DNA of 56,926 bases from an uncultured Devosia sp. (lineage in GTDB: Bacteria; Pseudomonadota; Alphaproteobacteria; Rhizobiales; Devosiaceae): assembly GCA_965650055.1 (NCBI GenBank), contig CBFGMY010000001.1, positions 1 to 56,926 of the forward strand. The letters are read 5' to 3'. Shown in pieces: positions 1-8,039 of the stretch. Position 1 is the stretch's first letter. Each line of letters begins with the position of its first letter. Both the position numbers and the translations under genes were made by a program. The notes beneath the pieces were generated by a model. It ran no database searches. It saw nothing but the letters and a program-made list of their open reading frames with translations, and was not told the DNA's origin.

Positions 1-784
1 CATCGAAGATGATCAGCGGCGACTTGCCGCCCAGTTCCATGGTCACGTGCTTCATGCCCGAAGCGGCGGCGGCGTAGACCTTCTTGCCTGTCGGTACCGA
101 CCCGGTCAGCGATACCTTGTCGACGCGCGGATCGCCCACCAGGGCCGCCCCCACGTCGCCATAGCCCTGGACGACATTGAACAGCCCCGCGGGCGCCCCG
201 GCCTCAATCAGGATTTCAGCCAGCTTCAGCGCGCCAAGCGGGGTCACCTCCGATGGCTTGAAGATCATCGCATTGCCAGCCGCCAGAGCCGGCGCGGCCT
301 TCCAGCAGGCAATCTGCGTTGGATAGTTCCACGCGCCGATGCCGACGACGACGCCCAACGGCTCCCGGATCGTATAGACGAAGTCGCCCCCCAGCGGGAT
401 CGTCTCGCCGGTCATGGTGGCGGCAAGGCCGGCGAAATATTCCAGCGCATCAGCGCCCGAAGCGGCATCGGCGACCAGTGTCTCCTGGATTGGCTTGCCG
501 GTATCGAGCGTCTCGATCTCGGAAAGTTCCCGGTTGCGCGCCCGGATGATATCGGCCGCCCGGCGCAGAACGCGGCCGCGAACGACCGGCTTGAGGGCGC
601 CCCATTCCTTCTGGGCGCGCACGGCAGAAGCCAGCGCCTGTTCGACAATGTCTGATGTTGCCGAATGCAGACGTGCCACCACCGCGCCACTGGCCGGATA
701 GACGCATTCGATCGGTCGGCCCGCCGCGTCCTCGACATAGCGGCCGTCGACAAAATGGCTGGCGGCTGGTTGTACGTCGCGCAT
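1..784 (-). CDS. betB: betaine aldehyde dehydrogenase (5' part; runs off the window start)
   Basis: Not in the ORF track. Manual translation from ATG 784 (TAATG overlap with the betC stop) gives [14 protein letters not shown]...[32 protein letters not shown]...TGSVPTG...MELGGKSP, which are ALDH motifs; gene order betI-betC-betB. Confidence 0.93.
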   Translation of the reverse strand, partial: MRDVQPAASHFVDGRYVEDAAGRPIECVYPASGAVVARLHSATSDIVEQALASAVRAQKEWGALKPVVRGRVLRRAADIIRARNRELSEIETLDTGKPIQETLVADAASGADALEYFAGLAATMTGETIPLGGDFVYTIREPLGVVVGIGAWNYPTQIACWKAAPALAAGNAMIFKPSEVTPLGALKLAEILIEAGAPAGLFNVVQGYGDVGAALVGDPRVDKVSLTGSVPTGKKVYAAAASGMKHVTMELGGKSPLIIFD

Positions 785-2310
785 TATTCACCCCTCGGGA
801 AACGCTTGCTCTCTTCGAGCACATTGAGGTCCATGTGGTTGCGCATATAGCGCTCCGAGGCCTGCTGCAGGGGCTGGAAATCCCACGGATAGTAGGCGCC
901 GTTGCGGAGCGCGGCGTAGACGACATGCCGCCGCGCCTGGCTCGCCCGGACCTCGGAATCATAGGCCGCGAGATCCCAATTGGCGGCCGCCTGGGCGGCG
1001 AACCGGGCCAAGACCTCGGCATGTGCCGGATCAGCGGCCAGGTTTTCCAGCTCAAGCGGATCGGCGGCCAGGTTGAAGAGCTGAGCGGGATCGGCCCCGC
1101 ATTCGATATATTTCCAGTCGCCGTCGCGCAGGCAGACCATCGGCGCCACGGAGCCTTCGGCGGCATATTCCATCCGCACCGGGGCCGTCCGCGCGACGCC
1201 TTTGGCCAGCGGCACCAGCGTTTCACCGTCGGTCCACGGCATGATGCGATCGAGCGAGATGCCCGCCAGTTCACAGAGCGTCGGGGTCAGATCCATGGTG
1301 CTGACTGGTGTGTCGATCCGCCTGGCAGGCAGGCCTGGCGCCGCGATCATCAACGGCACGCGGGCCGAGCCCTCGAAGAAGTTCATCTTGAACCACAATC
1401 CGCGCTCGCCGAGCATGTCGCCGTGATCGGAGGCAAAGACGATGATCGTGTCCTCGTCCTGCCGGGTGCCGCGCAGGGCTTCGAGCACTTCGCCGATCTT
1501 GTCGTCGATGTAGGAAATGTTGGCGAAATAGGCACGGCGCGAGCGCCGGACATCGTCCTCGGTGATATCGAGTGCCCGGAAGTCGCAGGCATCCATCAGA
1601 CGTTGCGAATGAGCGTCCTGGTCCTCATAGGGGATCGGCTGCGTCACCGGGGACAGGTGTTCGCAATCGGCATAGAGATCCCAGTATTTCTGCCGGGCCA
1701 CATAGGGGTCGTGCGGATGGGTGAAACTCACCGTCAGCATCCACGGATGCGGTCGCAAGCGCCGACCGAGGTCGTAGACCTTGCGCACGGCGTTGAAGGC
1801 AACCTCGTCGTCATATTCGAGCTGGTTGGTGATCTCGGCCACCCCGGCACCCTTGACCGAGCCGAGGTTGTGATACCACCAGTCGATGCGCTCCCCGGGC
1901 TTGCCATAGTCCGGGGTCCAGCCGAAATCGGCAGGATAGATATCGGTGGTCAGCCGCTCCTCGAAGCCGTGCAACTGGTCGGGCCCGACAAAGTGCATCT
2001 TGCCCGAGAGCGTCGTGGCATAACCCGCGGCGCGCAGGTGATGGGCGTAGGTGGGGATGTCCGAGGCAAATTCAGCCGCGTTGTCATAGACCCGGGTGCG
2101 GCGCGGCAATTGTCCCGACATGAAGCTGGCGCGACCGGGGGCACAGAGGGGCGAGCCGGTATAGGCGTTGGCAAAGCGGGTCGATCTGGCCGCCAGCGCC
2201 TTGAGATGGGGCGCATGCAGCCAATCGGCGGGACCATCGGGAAAGAACGTGCCGTTGAGCTGGTCGACCATGAAGATCAGGATGTTGGGCCGATCAGCCA
2301 CGAGCGGCAC
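784..2310 (-). CDS. betC: choline sulfatase
   Basis: [11 protein letters not shown], sulfatase CxPxR motif (LCAPGRAS), [15 protein letters not shown]-terminal [10 protein letters not shown]; lies between betI and betB. Confidence 0.93.
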   Translation of the reverse strand: MPLVADRPNILIFMVDQLNGTFFPDGPADWLHAPHLKALAARSTRFANAYTGSPLCAPGRASFMSGQLPRRTRVYDNAAEFASDIPTYAHHLRAAGYATTLSGKMHFVGPDQLHGFEERLTTDIYPADFGWTPDYGKPGERIDWWYHNLGSVKGAGVAEITNQLEYDDEVAFNAVRKVYDLGRRLRPHPWMLTVSFTHPHDPYVARQKYWDLYADCEHLSPVTQPIPYEDQDAHSQRLMDACDFRALDITEDDVRRSRRAYFANISYIDDKIGEVLEALRGTRQDEDTIIVFASDHGDMLGERGLWFKMNFFEGSARVPLMIAAPGLPARRIDTPVSTMDLTPTLCELAGISLDRIMPWTDGETLVPLAKGVARTAPVRMEYAAEGSVAPMVCLRDGDWKYIECGADPAQLFNLAADPLELENLAADPAHAEVLARFAAQAAANWDLAAYDSEVRASQARRHVVYAALRNGAYYPWDFQPLQQASERYMRNHMDLNVLEESKRFPRGE

Positions 2311-2887
2311 TCCGGGCGAGGCACAGGTCGAGATAATCGATCACCATGGCGCGCACCACTTCGCGGGCGGGCGCGAAATCCTGCAGGGCATGACGGATGT
2401 AGAAGCCGTCGATCATGGCGGCCAGACCCTGGGCGATGGCCTGGGCCTGTTCGCCGTCGACAAGCTGGCGCAAGTTGAACACCAGGTTTGAATGGAGACG
2501 CCGCGCATAGAGCTGCAGCAGGCGACTCGCGGCGTCCGATTGCAGCGCGCGGACATAGAATGTCAGCCAGGCCGCCACGATTTCCCGGGCGAACTGATCC
2601 GGGGCGAAGCTGGCGTCGATGATGGCGTGAAGGCGCTCGACCGGCGTCAGCGCCCCGGCCACGCGACGGCGCACGCTTTCGCCATAAACCTTGAGGATGT
2701 GCCGCATGGTGGCGAGGAACATCTGATCCTTGCTGCCGAAATAGTGATGCGCCAGGGCTGGCGACATGCCGGCGCGGCGGGCAATCTGGCTGACGGTGAC
2801 GTCAAGGCTGCCGGCTTCGCCGATCTCCACAATGGCAGCTTCCACCATCGCCTTTCGCCGAACCGCCTCTGCACCGATTTTTGGCAT
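2294..2887 (-). CDS. betI: TetR-family choline-responsive repressor BetI
   Basis: MPKIG start, TetR HTH (IARRAGMSPALAHHYFGSK), RRLHSNL motif; first gene of the bet operon. Confidence 0.93.
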   Translation of the reverse strand: MPKIGAEAVRRKAMVEAAIVEIGEAGSLDVTVSQIARRAGMSPALAHHYFGSKDQMFLATMRHILKVYGESVRRRVAGALTPVERLHAIIDASFAPDQFAREIVAAWLTFYVRALQSDAASRLLQLYARRLHSNLVFNLRQLVDGEQAQAIAQGLAAMIDGFYIRHALQDFAPAREVVRAMVIDYLDLCLARSAARG

Positions 2888-2936
2888 TTTTCACGCCTGC
2901 ACATATTTCGAGTTTACATTTCCGATTGTGTCGTTT

Positions 2937-2956
2937 TTGATTGAGCAGTCAATCAA
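2937..2956. promoter_or_regulatory. BetI operator (palindrome TTGATTGA-GCAG-TCAATCAA)
   Basis: Perfect 8-bp-arm palindrome between divergent betI and choX; resembles known BetI boxes (ATTGA-N4-(T/C)CAAT). Confidence 0.8.
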
Positions 2957-3001
2957 GAAAAAACTTTACCGCTATCCCCCGCAATCAGGAGACGACAGAC
3001 T

Positions 3002-3928
3002 ATGAGAATGACCACCCTCACTCTGACCGGCGCTCTGGCGCTGTCGCTGCTGGCGGGCACCGCTTACGCAGCCGAATGCGATACCGTGATTTTCTCCGAT
3101 GTCGGCTGGACCGACATCACCACGACGACGGCAACGACCAAGCACATTCTGGAGGCCCTGGGCTACAAGGTCGACGTGAAGGTGCTCTCGGTTCCGGTGA
3201 CCTTCGCATCGCTCGAAAGCGACGACGTGGACATCTTCCTGGGCAACTGGTTGCCGGCCCAGCAGGGCGCCATCGGGCCGTATCTGGAAAGCGGCGAAGT
3301 CGAGAAGGTCGCGACCAACCTCGAAGGCACCAAGTACACGCTCGCGGTGCCGACCTATACATTCGACAAGGGGCTCACCGACTATTCCAAGATCCACGAA
3401 TTCGCCGCCGACCTCGACAACACCATCTACGGCATCGAGCCTGGCAATGAAGGCAATGGCTACCTGATCAGCCTGGTGGACGCCAACAAGTGGGATCTGG
3501 GTGGCTTCAAGGTGGTCGAGAGCTCCGAACAGGGCATGCAGGCCGAGGTCGATCGCGCTGTGTCCGATAACAAGGACGTGGTGTTCCTGGGCTGGGAACC
3601 GCATCCGATGAATGCCAAATTCTCGCTCAAATACCTGCCCGGCGGCGAGGACTTCTTCGGCGGTGAAGGCGTCGTTGATACGGTCACGCGCAAGGGTTAC
3701 GCTGCCGAGTGCCCCAATGTCGGCAAGCTGCTGACCAACCTGAAGTTCTCGCTGCCGATGGAAAACGAGATCATGGGCAAGATTCTCAATGACGGCGCCG
3801 ATCCGGCCGAGGCCACCCTGGAATGGCTGAAGGCCAATCCCGATACGGCGCTGAGCTGGGTCGACGGCGTGACGACGCTTGACGGTGGCGACGGCGTCGC
3901 GGCGGTCAAGGCGCTGCTCGACAGCTGA
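3002..3928 (+). CDS. choX: choline ABC transporter substrate-binding protein
   Basis: Signal peptide; FSDVGWTDI, FLGNW, YGIEPGN and LGWEPHPMN motifs of ChoX. Confidence 0.9.
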   Translation: MRMTTLTLTGALALSLLAGTAYAAECDTVIFSDVGWTDITTTTATTKHILEALGYKVDVKVLSVPVTFASLESDDVDIFLGNWLPAQQGAIGPYLESGEVEKVATNLEGTKYTLAVPTYTFDKGLTDYSKIHEFAADLDNTIYGIEPGNEGNGYLISLVDANKWDLGGFKVVESSEQGMQAEVDRAVSDNKDVVFLGWEPHPMNAKFSLKYLPGGEDFFGGEGVVDTVTRKGYAAECPNVGKLLTNLKFSLPMENEIMGKILNDGADPAEATLEWLKANPDTALSWVDGVTTLDGGDGVAAVKALLDS

Positions 3929-3936
3929 CAAAATCC

Positions 3937-3966
3937 AACGGCCCGGTCGGCAACGACCGGGCCGTT
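3937..3966 (+). terminator. intergenic stem-loop after choX (terminator or mRNA-stabilising hairpin)
   Basis: GCCCGGTCG-GCAA-CGACCGGGC hairpin with flanking AACG/CGTT pairing, directly after the stop. Confidence 0.55.
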
Positions 3967-3989
3967 CTGCTTTCTGGGGGACGTGAACG

Positions 3990-4823
3990 GTGGATTGGCT
4001 GACCGAATACAAGATTCCGGTGGGGCGCTGGGCGAGCGACTTCTTCATCCTGCTGCGGGATAACTTTCGCGGCGTTTTCGACGCCATGTCAGATGCGGCC
4101 GAGGCCTTGATCGAGGCGATGCTCTGGCTGCTGCAGACCCCTCACCCGCTGGTTATCGTTGCCATTTTCGTGGGCATTACCTGGTGGTTGCAGCGGAGCT
4201 GGGCGACGTGCCTGCTGACGCTGCTCGGCATGCTGTTCATTCTCAACCAGGGCTATTGGGAAGAAACCACCGAGAGCCTGACGTTGGTCATCGCCGCCTG
4301 CGTGGTCTGCATGGCCATAGGCGTGCCGATTGGCATTGCCACCGCGCATCGGCCGCAGCTGTATCGGTTCCTGCAGCCTATCCTCGACCTGATGCAAACG
4401 CTGCCGACATTCGTCTACCTCATTCCGGCCATTGTGTTTTTTGGCATCGGCATGGTGCCCGGTCTCATCGCGACGGTGATCTTCGTGCTGCCGGCCCCCA
4501 TTCGCATGACCCATCTGGGCATTTCCTCCACGCCTGCTGCGTTGCTGGAGGCCGTGGAGGCGTTTGGCGGCACCGGCCGCCAGAAGCTGTGGAAGGTGGA
4601 ACTGCCGTATGCCCTGCCGCAGGTGATGGCCGGCCTCAACCAGACCATCATGCTGTCGCTATCAATGGTGGTGGTCGCCGCGCTGGTCGGCGCCGACGGA
4701 CTGGGGGTTCCCGTCGTCCGCGCCCTCAACTCGGTCAATACCGCGCTCGGTTTCGAAAGCGGGCTGATCATCGTCGTCGTGGCCATCGTGCTCGACCGTA
4801 TGCTGCGCATCAGACAGGACTAG
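3990..4823 (+). CDS. choW: choline ABC transporter permease
   Basis: LDLMQTLPTFVYLIP, EAA-like loop, hydrophobic helices; GTG start. Confidence 0.9.
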   Translation: MDWLTEYKIPVGRWASDFFILLRDNFRGVFDAMSDAAEALIEAMLWLLQTPHPLVIVAIFVGITWWLQRSWATCLLTLLGMLFILNQGYWEETTESLTLVIAACVVCMAIGVPIGIATAHRPQLYRFLQPILDLMQTLPTFVYLIPAIVFFGIGMVPGLIATVIFVLPAPIRMTHLGISSTPAALLEAVEAFGGTGRQKLWKVELPYALPQVMAGLNQTIMLSLSMVVVAALVGADGLGVPVVRALNSVNTALGFESGLIIVVVAIVLDRMLRIRQD

Positions 4824-4827
4824 AGCC

Positions 4828-5877
4828 ATGGAAGACGCCGTCATCTTCGACAAGGTCAATATCGTGTTCGGCGCCAATCCGGGGTTGGCGCTGCCATTGA
4901 TGGATCAGGGCAAGACGCGCCAGGAGATCCAGCGGGAAACCAGGCAGGTCCTGGGCGTCCATGACTGCTCGCTGACCGTAAAGACGGGTGAGATCCTGGT
5001 GCTGATGGGCCTTTCGGGCTCCGGCAAGTCGACATTGCTGCGGGCCGTCAACGGCCTCAATCCGGTGGTTCGAGGGTCGGTCAAGGTCATCGATCAAGGC
5101 CAGCAGTGCGATCCCGCATCATGCACCCGTGACGAGTTGCTGCGGCTGCGGCGCAAATCGGTGGCCATGGTCTTCCAGCAGTTCGGCCTGCTGCCCTGGC
5201 GCACCGTGCTCGACAATGTCGGGCTTGGTCTCGAGCTCGATGGCCTCTCCAAGGCGGAGCGCCACGCCAAGGTCCGGACGCAGCTGGAACTGGTCGGGCT
5301 CACCGACTGGGCCGACCGCAATGTCGGGCAGCTGTCCGGCGGCATGCAGCAGCGCGTCGGACTTGCCCGCGCCTTCGCCACCGAGGCGCCGATCCTGCTC
5401 ATGGACGAGCCGTTCTCGGCTCTCGATCCGCTGATCCGCTCGCGGCTCCAGGACGAATTGCTCGAACTGCAGGCCAAACTGAAGCGGACCATCATCTTCG
5501 TGAGCCACGATCTCGACGAAGCCTTCAAGCTGGGTGACCGTATTGCGCTGATGGAGGGTGGACGCATCGTGCAATGCGGGACCCCGCAGGAGATCATCGC
5601 CAATCCGGTCAACGGCTATGTCGAGGATTTCGTGGCCCACATGAACCCGCTCAATGTGCTGCGCGCCATGGACATCATGACCACCCATATCGGTAGCGGC
5701 GTGAACGCCGTTCCGTCCGACAGTCCGCTGGCGGCCGTGATCGAGCAACTCTCCGCCGGGGCACCCTCGGTCTGCGTCAGAGGCGCGGACGGGCAACTGG
5801 TCGGCAGTATCTTCAGCCAGGACATTGTCACGGCCCTGCGCGCCAAGCCGCCTCGTCCTGGAGCGGGCGTTCACTGA
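4828..5877 (+). CDS. choV: choline ABC transporter ATP-binding protein
   Basis: GLSGSGKST, LSGGMQQRVGLARA, LLMDEPFSALD. Confidence 0.9.
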   Translation: MEDAVIFDKVNIVFGANPGLALPLMDQGKTRQEIQRETRQVLGVHDCSLTVKTGEILVLMGLSGSGKSTLLRAVNGLNPVVRGSVKVIDQGQQCDPASCTRDELLRLRRKSVAMVFQQFGLLPWRTVLDNVGLGLELDGLSKAERHAKVRTQLELVGLTDWADRNVGQLSGGMQQRVGLARAFATEAPILLMDEPFSALDPLIRSRLQDELLELQAKLKRTIIFVSHDLDEAFKLGDRIALMEGGRIVQCGTPQEIIANPVNGYVEDFVAHMNPLNVLRAMDIMTTHIGSGVNAVPSDSPLAAVIEQLSAGAPSVCVRGADGQLVGSIFSQDIVTALRAKPPRPGAGVH

Positions 5878-5899
5878 CGCCCGCCCACTGCCAACCACC

Positions 5900-5922
5900 A
5901 ACGATAGATGCGCTCTATCGTT
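5900..5922. promoter_or_regulatory. LysR-type operator upstream of the fds operon (AACGATAG-N7-CTATCGTT)
   Basis: Perfect 8-bp-arm palindrome containing T-N11-A, about 70 bp before fdsG; a LysR gene follows the operon. Confidence 0.65.
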
Positions 5923-5994
5923 CAACGGCGCGTCTGTATTGATCTGCCACGGTGGTTGCGTGTTAAAATCGTTCTAAATTGAGCGGGGTGCACG

Positions 5995-6474
5995 GTGTCG
6001 CAGATGCAGGAGACGGATGTCCTATCGACACGGATCAAGGAGGTCATCCGGCGATCGAGCGCCCTCGAAGGTCCCCTGCTCCCTATCCTGCACGACATGC
6101 AGGAAGATTTCGGCCATATCCCGTCCGAAGCGCTGCCGCTGATTGCCGATGCGCTGAACATTTCCAATGCGGAAGTGCATGGCGTCGTCAGCTTCTACCA
6201 TGACTTCCGGCGGCAGCCGGCGGGGCGGCATGTCCTCAAGCTGTGCCGGGCCGAATCCTGCCAATCGATGGGATCGGATGCCATATCGGCCTCGCTCCAG
6301 GCCCTGCTGGGCGCCGAGATGGGTGAAACAAGTTCCGACGGCGCGGTGACAATTGAAGCCGTATATTGCCTCGGCCTGTGTTCATGCGCGCCGGCGGCCA
6401 TGTTGGACGGGGTGCCGATTGGCCGGCTCAATGACGAGAAAATCATCGAGATCATAGACCGGGTGCGCGGATGA
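5995..6474 (+). CDS. fdsG: NAD-dependent formate dehydrogenase gamma subunit
   Basis: NuoE-like: LLPILH, AEVHGVVSFYHDF, CRAESC, CLGLC 2Fe-2S ligands. Confidence 0.92.
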   Translation: MSQMQETDVLSTRIKEVIRRSSALEGPLLPILHDMQEDFGHIPSEALPLIADALNISNAEVHGVVSFYHDFRRQPAGRHVLKLCRAESCQSMGSDAISASLQALLGAEMGETSSDGAVTIEAVYCLGLCSCAPAAMLDGVPIGRLNDEKIIEIIDRVRG

Positions 6475-8027
6475 CCGTCACGATCTACATCCCCCGCGAT
6501 GCAGCAGCTTTGGCGCTCGGCGCCGATGACGTTGCCCGTGCCATGGCCGAGCAGCTTAGCGCACGCGGACTAGCTGCGAAAATAGTCCGCAACGGATCGC
6601 GGGGCCTGCATTGGCTCGAACCCCTGGTCGAGGTGGATGTGGGCGGGACGCGGCTCAGCTATGGCCCCGTCGCCGTGTCTGATGTGCCTTCCCTGCTCGA
6701 CGCGGATATCTTGGCAGGCGGCGACCACCCTTTGAGTCTGGGCCCAACCGAGGCCATACCGTTTCTGGCCCGGCAAACCCGCCTGACCTTCGCGCGCTGC
6801 GGCGTCATCGATCCCCTGTCGCTTGACGATTATCGCAGTCATGGCGGCCTCGTGGGGCTGGCGAAGGCCGTGGCGATGTCGCCCGCCGCAATCGTCGCCG
6901 AGGTGACGGAGTCGGGTCTGCGCGGGCGCGGTGGGGCGGGTTTTCCAACCGGGATCAAGTGGAACACGGTGGCGGGCGCGACGGCCGACCGCAAATATAT
7001 CGTCTGCAATGCTGACGAAGGTGACTCGGGGACGTTCGCCGACCGCATGATCATGGAGGGCGACCCTTTCGTCCTGATCGAGGGCATGGCGATTGCCGGG
7101 CTCGCGGTGGGCGCGACCAAGGGCTACATCTATGCGCGGTCCGAATATCCGCATGCGGTGGCGACAATGCGCGCGGCAGCCGAGCTGGCGCGCCGTGCTG
7201 GCATATTGGGGGCCTCGGTGCTTGGCTCCGGGCGGGCCTTCGACATCGAAGTGCGCATGGGCGCCGGTGCCTATGTTTGCGGGGAGGAAACGTCCCTGCT
7301 CAACAGCCTCGAAGGCAAGCGCGGCATCGTCCGGGCCAAGCCGCCGCTACCGGCGCTCAATGGCCTCTTCGGCAAGCCCACTGTCGTGAACAACGTGATC
7401 TCGCTGGCTTCGGTGCCGGTGATTCTCGACAAGGGCGCGGCCCACTACAAGAATTTCGGGATGGGCCGCTCGCGCGGGACAATTCCGATCCAGATCGCCG
7501 GCAACAGCCGATATACCGGCCTGTTCGAGATTGGGTTCGGGTTGACGCTGGGCGAGATCGTCGAAGGCATCGGCGGCGGAACCGCATCGGGCAGGCCGGT
7601 CAAGGCCGTGCAGGTGGGCGGTCCCCTGGGCGCCTATTTCCCACCTGCGCTGTTCGATACGCCCTTCGACTACGAAGCCTTTGCCGCCAGGGGCGGGTTG
7701 ATCGGGCATGCCGGGATCACCGTCTTCGACGATAGCGCCGACATGCTCAAGATGGCCCGCTTCGCCATGGAATTCTGCGCCATCGAGAGTTGCGGCAAGT
7801 GCACGCCCTGCCGCATCGGCTCCACGCGCGGCGTTGAAACGCTGGACAAGGTCGCCCGCGGCATCGATCGCGAGAAGAACCTCGCGCTGGTCGCCGACCT
7901 CTGCGACACCATGAAATTCGGCTCCCTCTGCGCATTGGGCGGGTTCACCCCCTACCCCGTCATGAGCGCCATCACCCACTTTCAAGATGACTTCGCGCCG
8001 CGCCCGGCAGCGATCGCGGCCGAATAG
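6471..8027 (+). CDS. fdsB: NAD-dependent formate dehydrogenase beta subunit
   Basis: NuoF-like: GLRGRGGAGFPTG, CNADEGD, GAGAYVCGEET, ESCGKCTPCRIG. Confidence 0.93.
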   Translation: MTVTIYIPRDAAALALGADDVARAMAEQLSARGLAAKIVRNGSRGLHWLEPLVEVDVGGTRLSYGPVAVSDVPSLLDADILAGGDHPLSLGPTEAIPFLARQTRLTFARCGVIDPLSLDDYRSHGGLVGLAKAVAMSPAAIVAEVTESGLRGRGGAGFPTGIKWNTVAGATADRKYIVCNADEGDSGTFADRMIMEGDPFVLIEGMAIAGLAVGATKGYIYARSEYPHAVATMRAAAELARRAGILGASVLGSGRAFDIEVRMGAGAYVCGEETSLLNSLEGKRGIVRAKPPLPALNGLFGKPTVVNNVISLASVPVILDKGAAHYKNFGMGRSRGTIPIQIAGNSRYTGLFEIGFGLTLGEIVEGIGGGTASGRPVKAVQVGGPLGAYFPPALFDTPFDYEAFAARGGLIGHAGITVFDDSADMLKMARFAMEFCAIESCGKCTPCRIGSTRGVETLDKVARGIDREKNLALVADLCDTMKFGSLCALGGFTPYPVMSAITHFQDDFAPRPAAIAAE

Positions 8028-8039
8028 GAGAACGTCACC

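Noticed and set aside
655..2478. 607-aa plus-strand ORF, and similar long antisense ORFs (13166-15190, 27107-29008, 39682-41019, 55416-56888)
   Set aside because: Shadow frames opposite well-supported genes, expected in high-GC DNA; no recognisable motifs.
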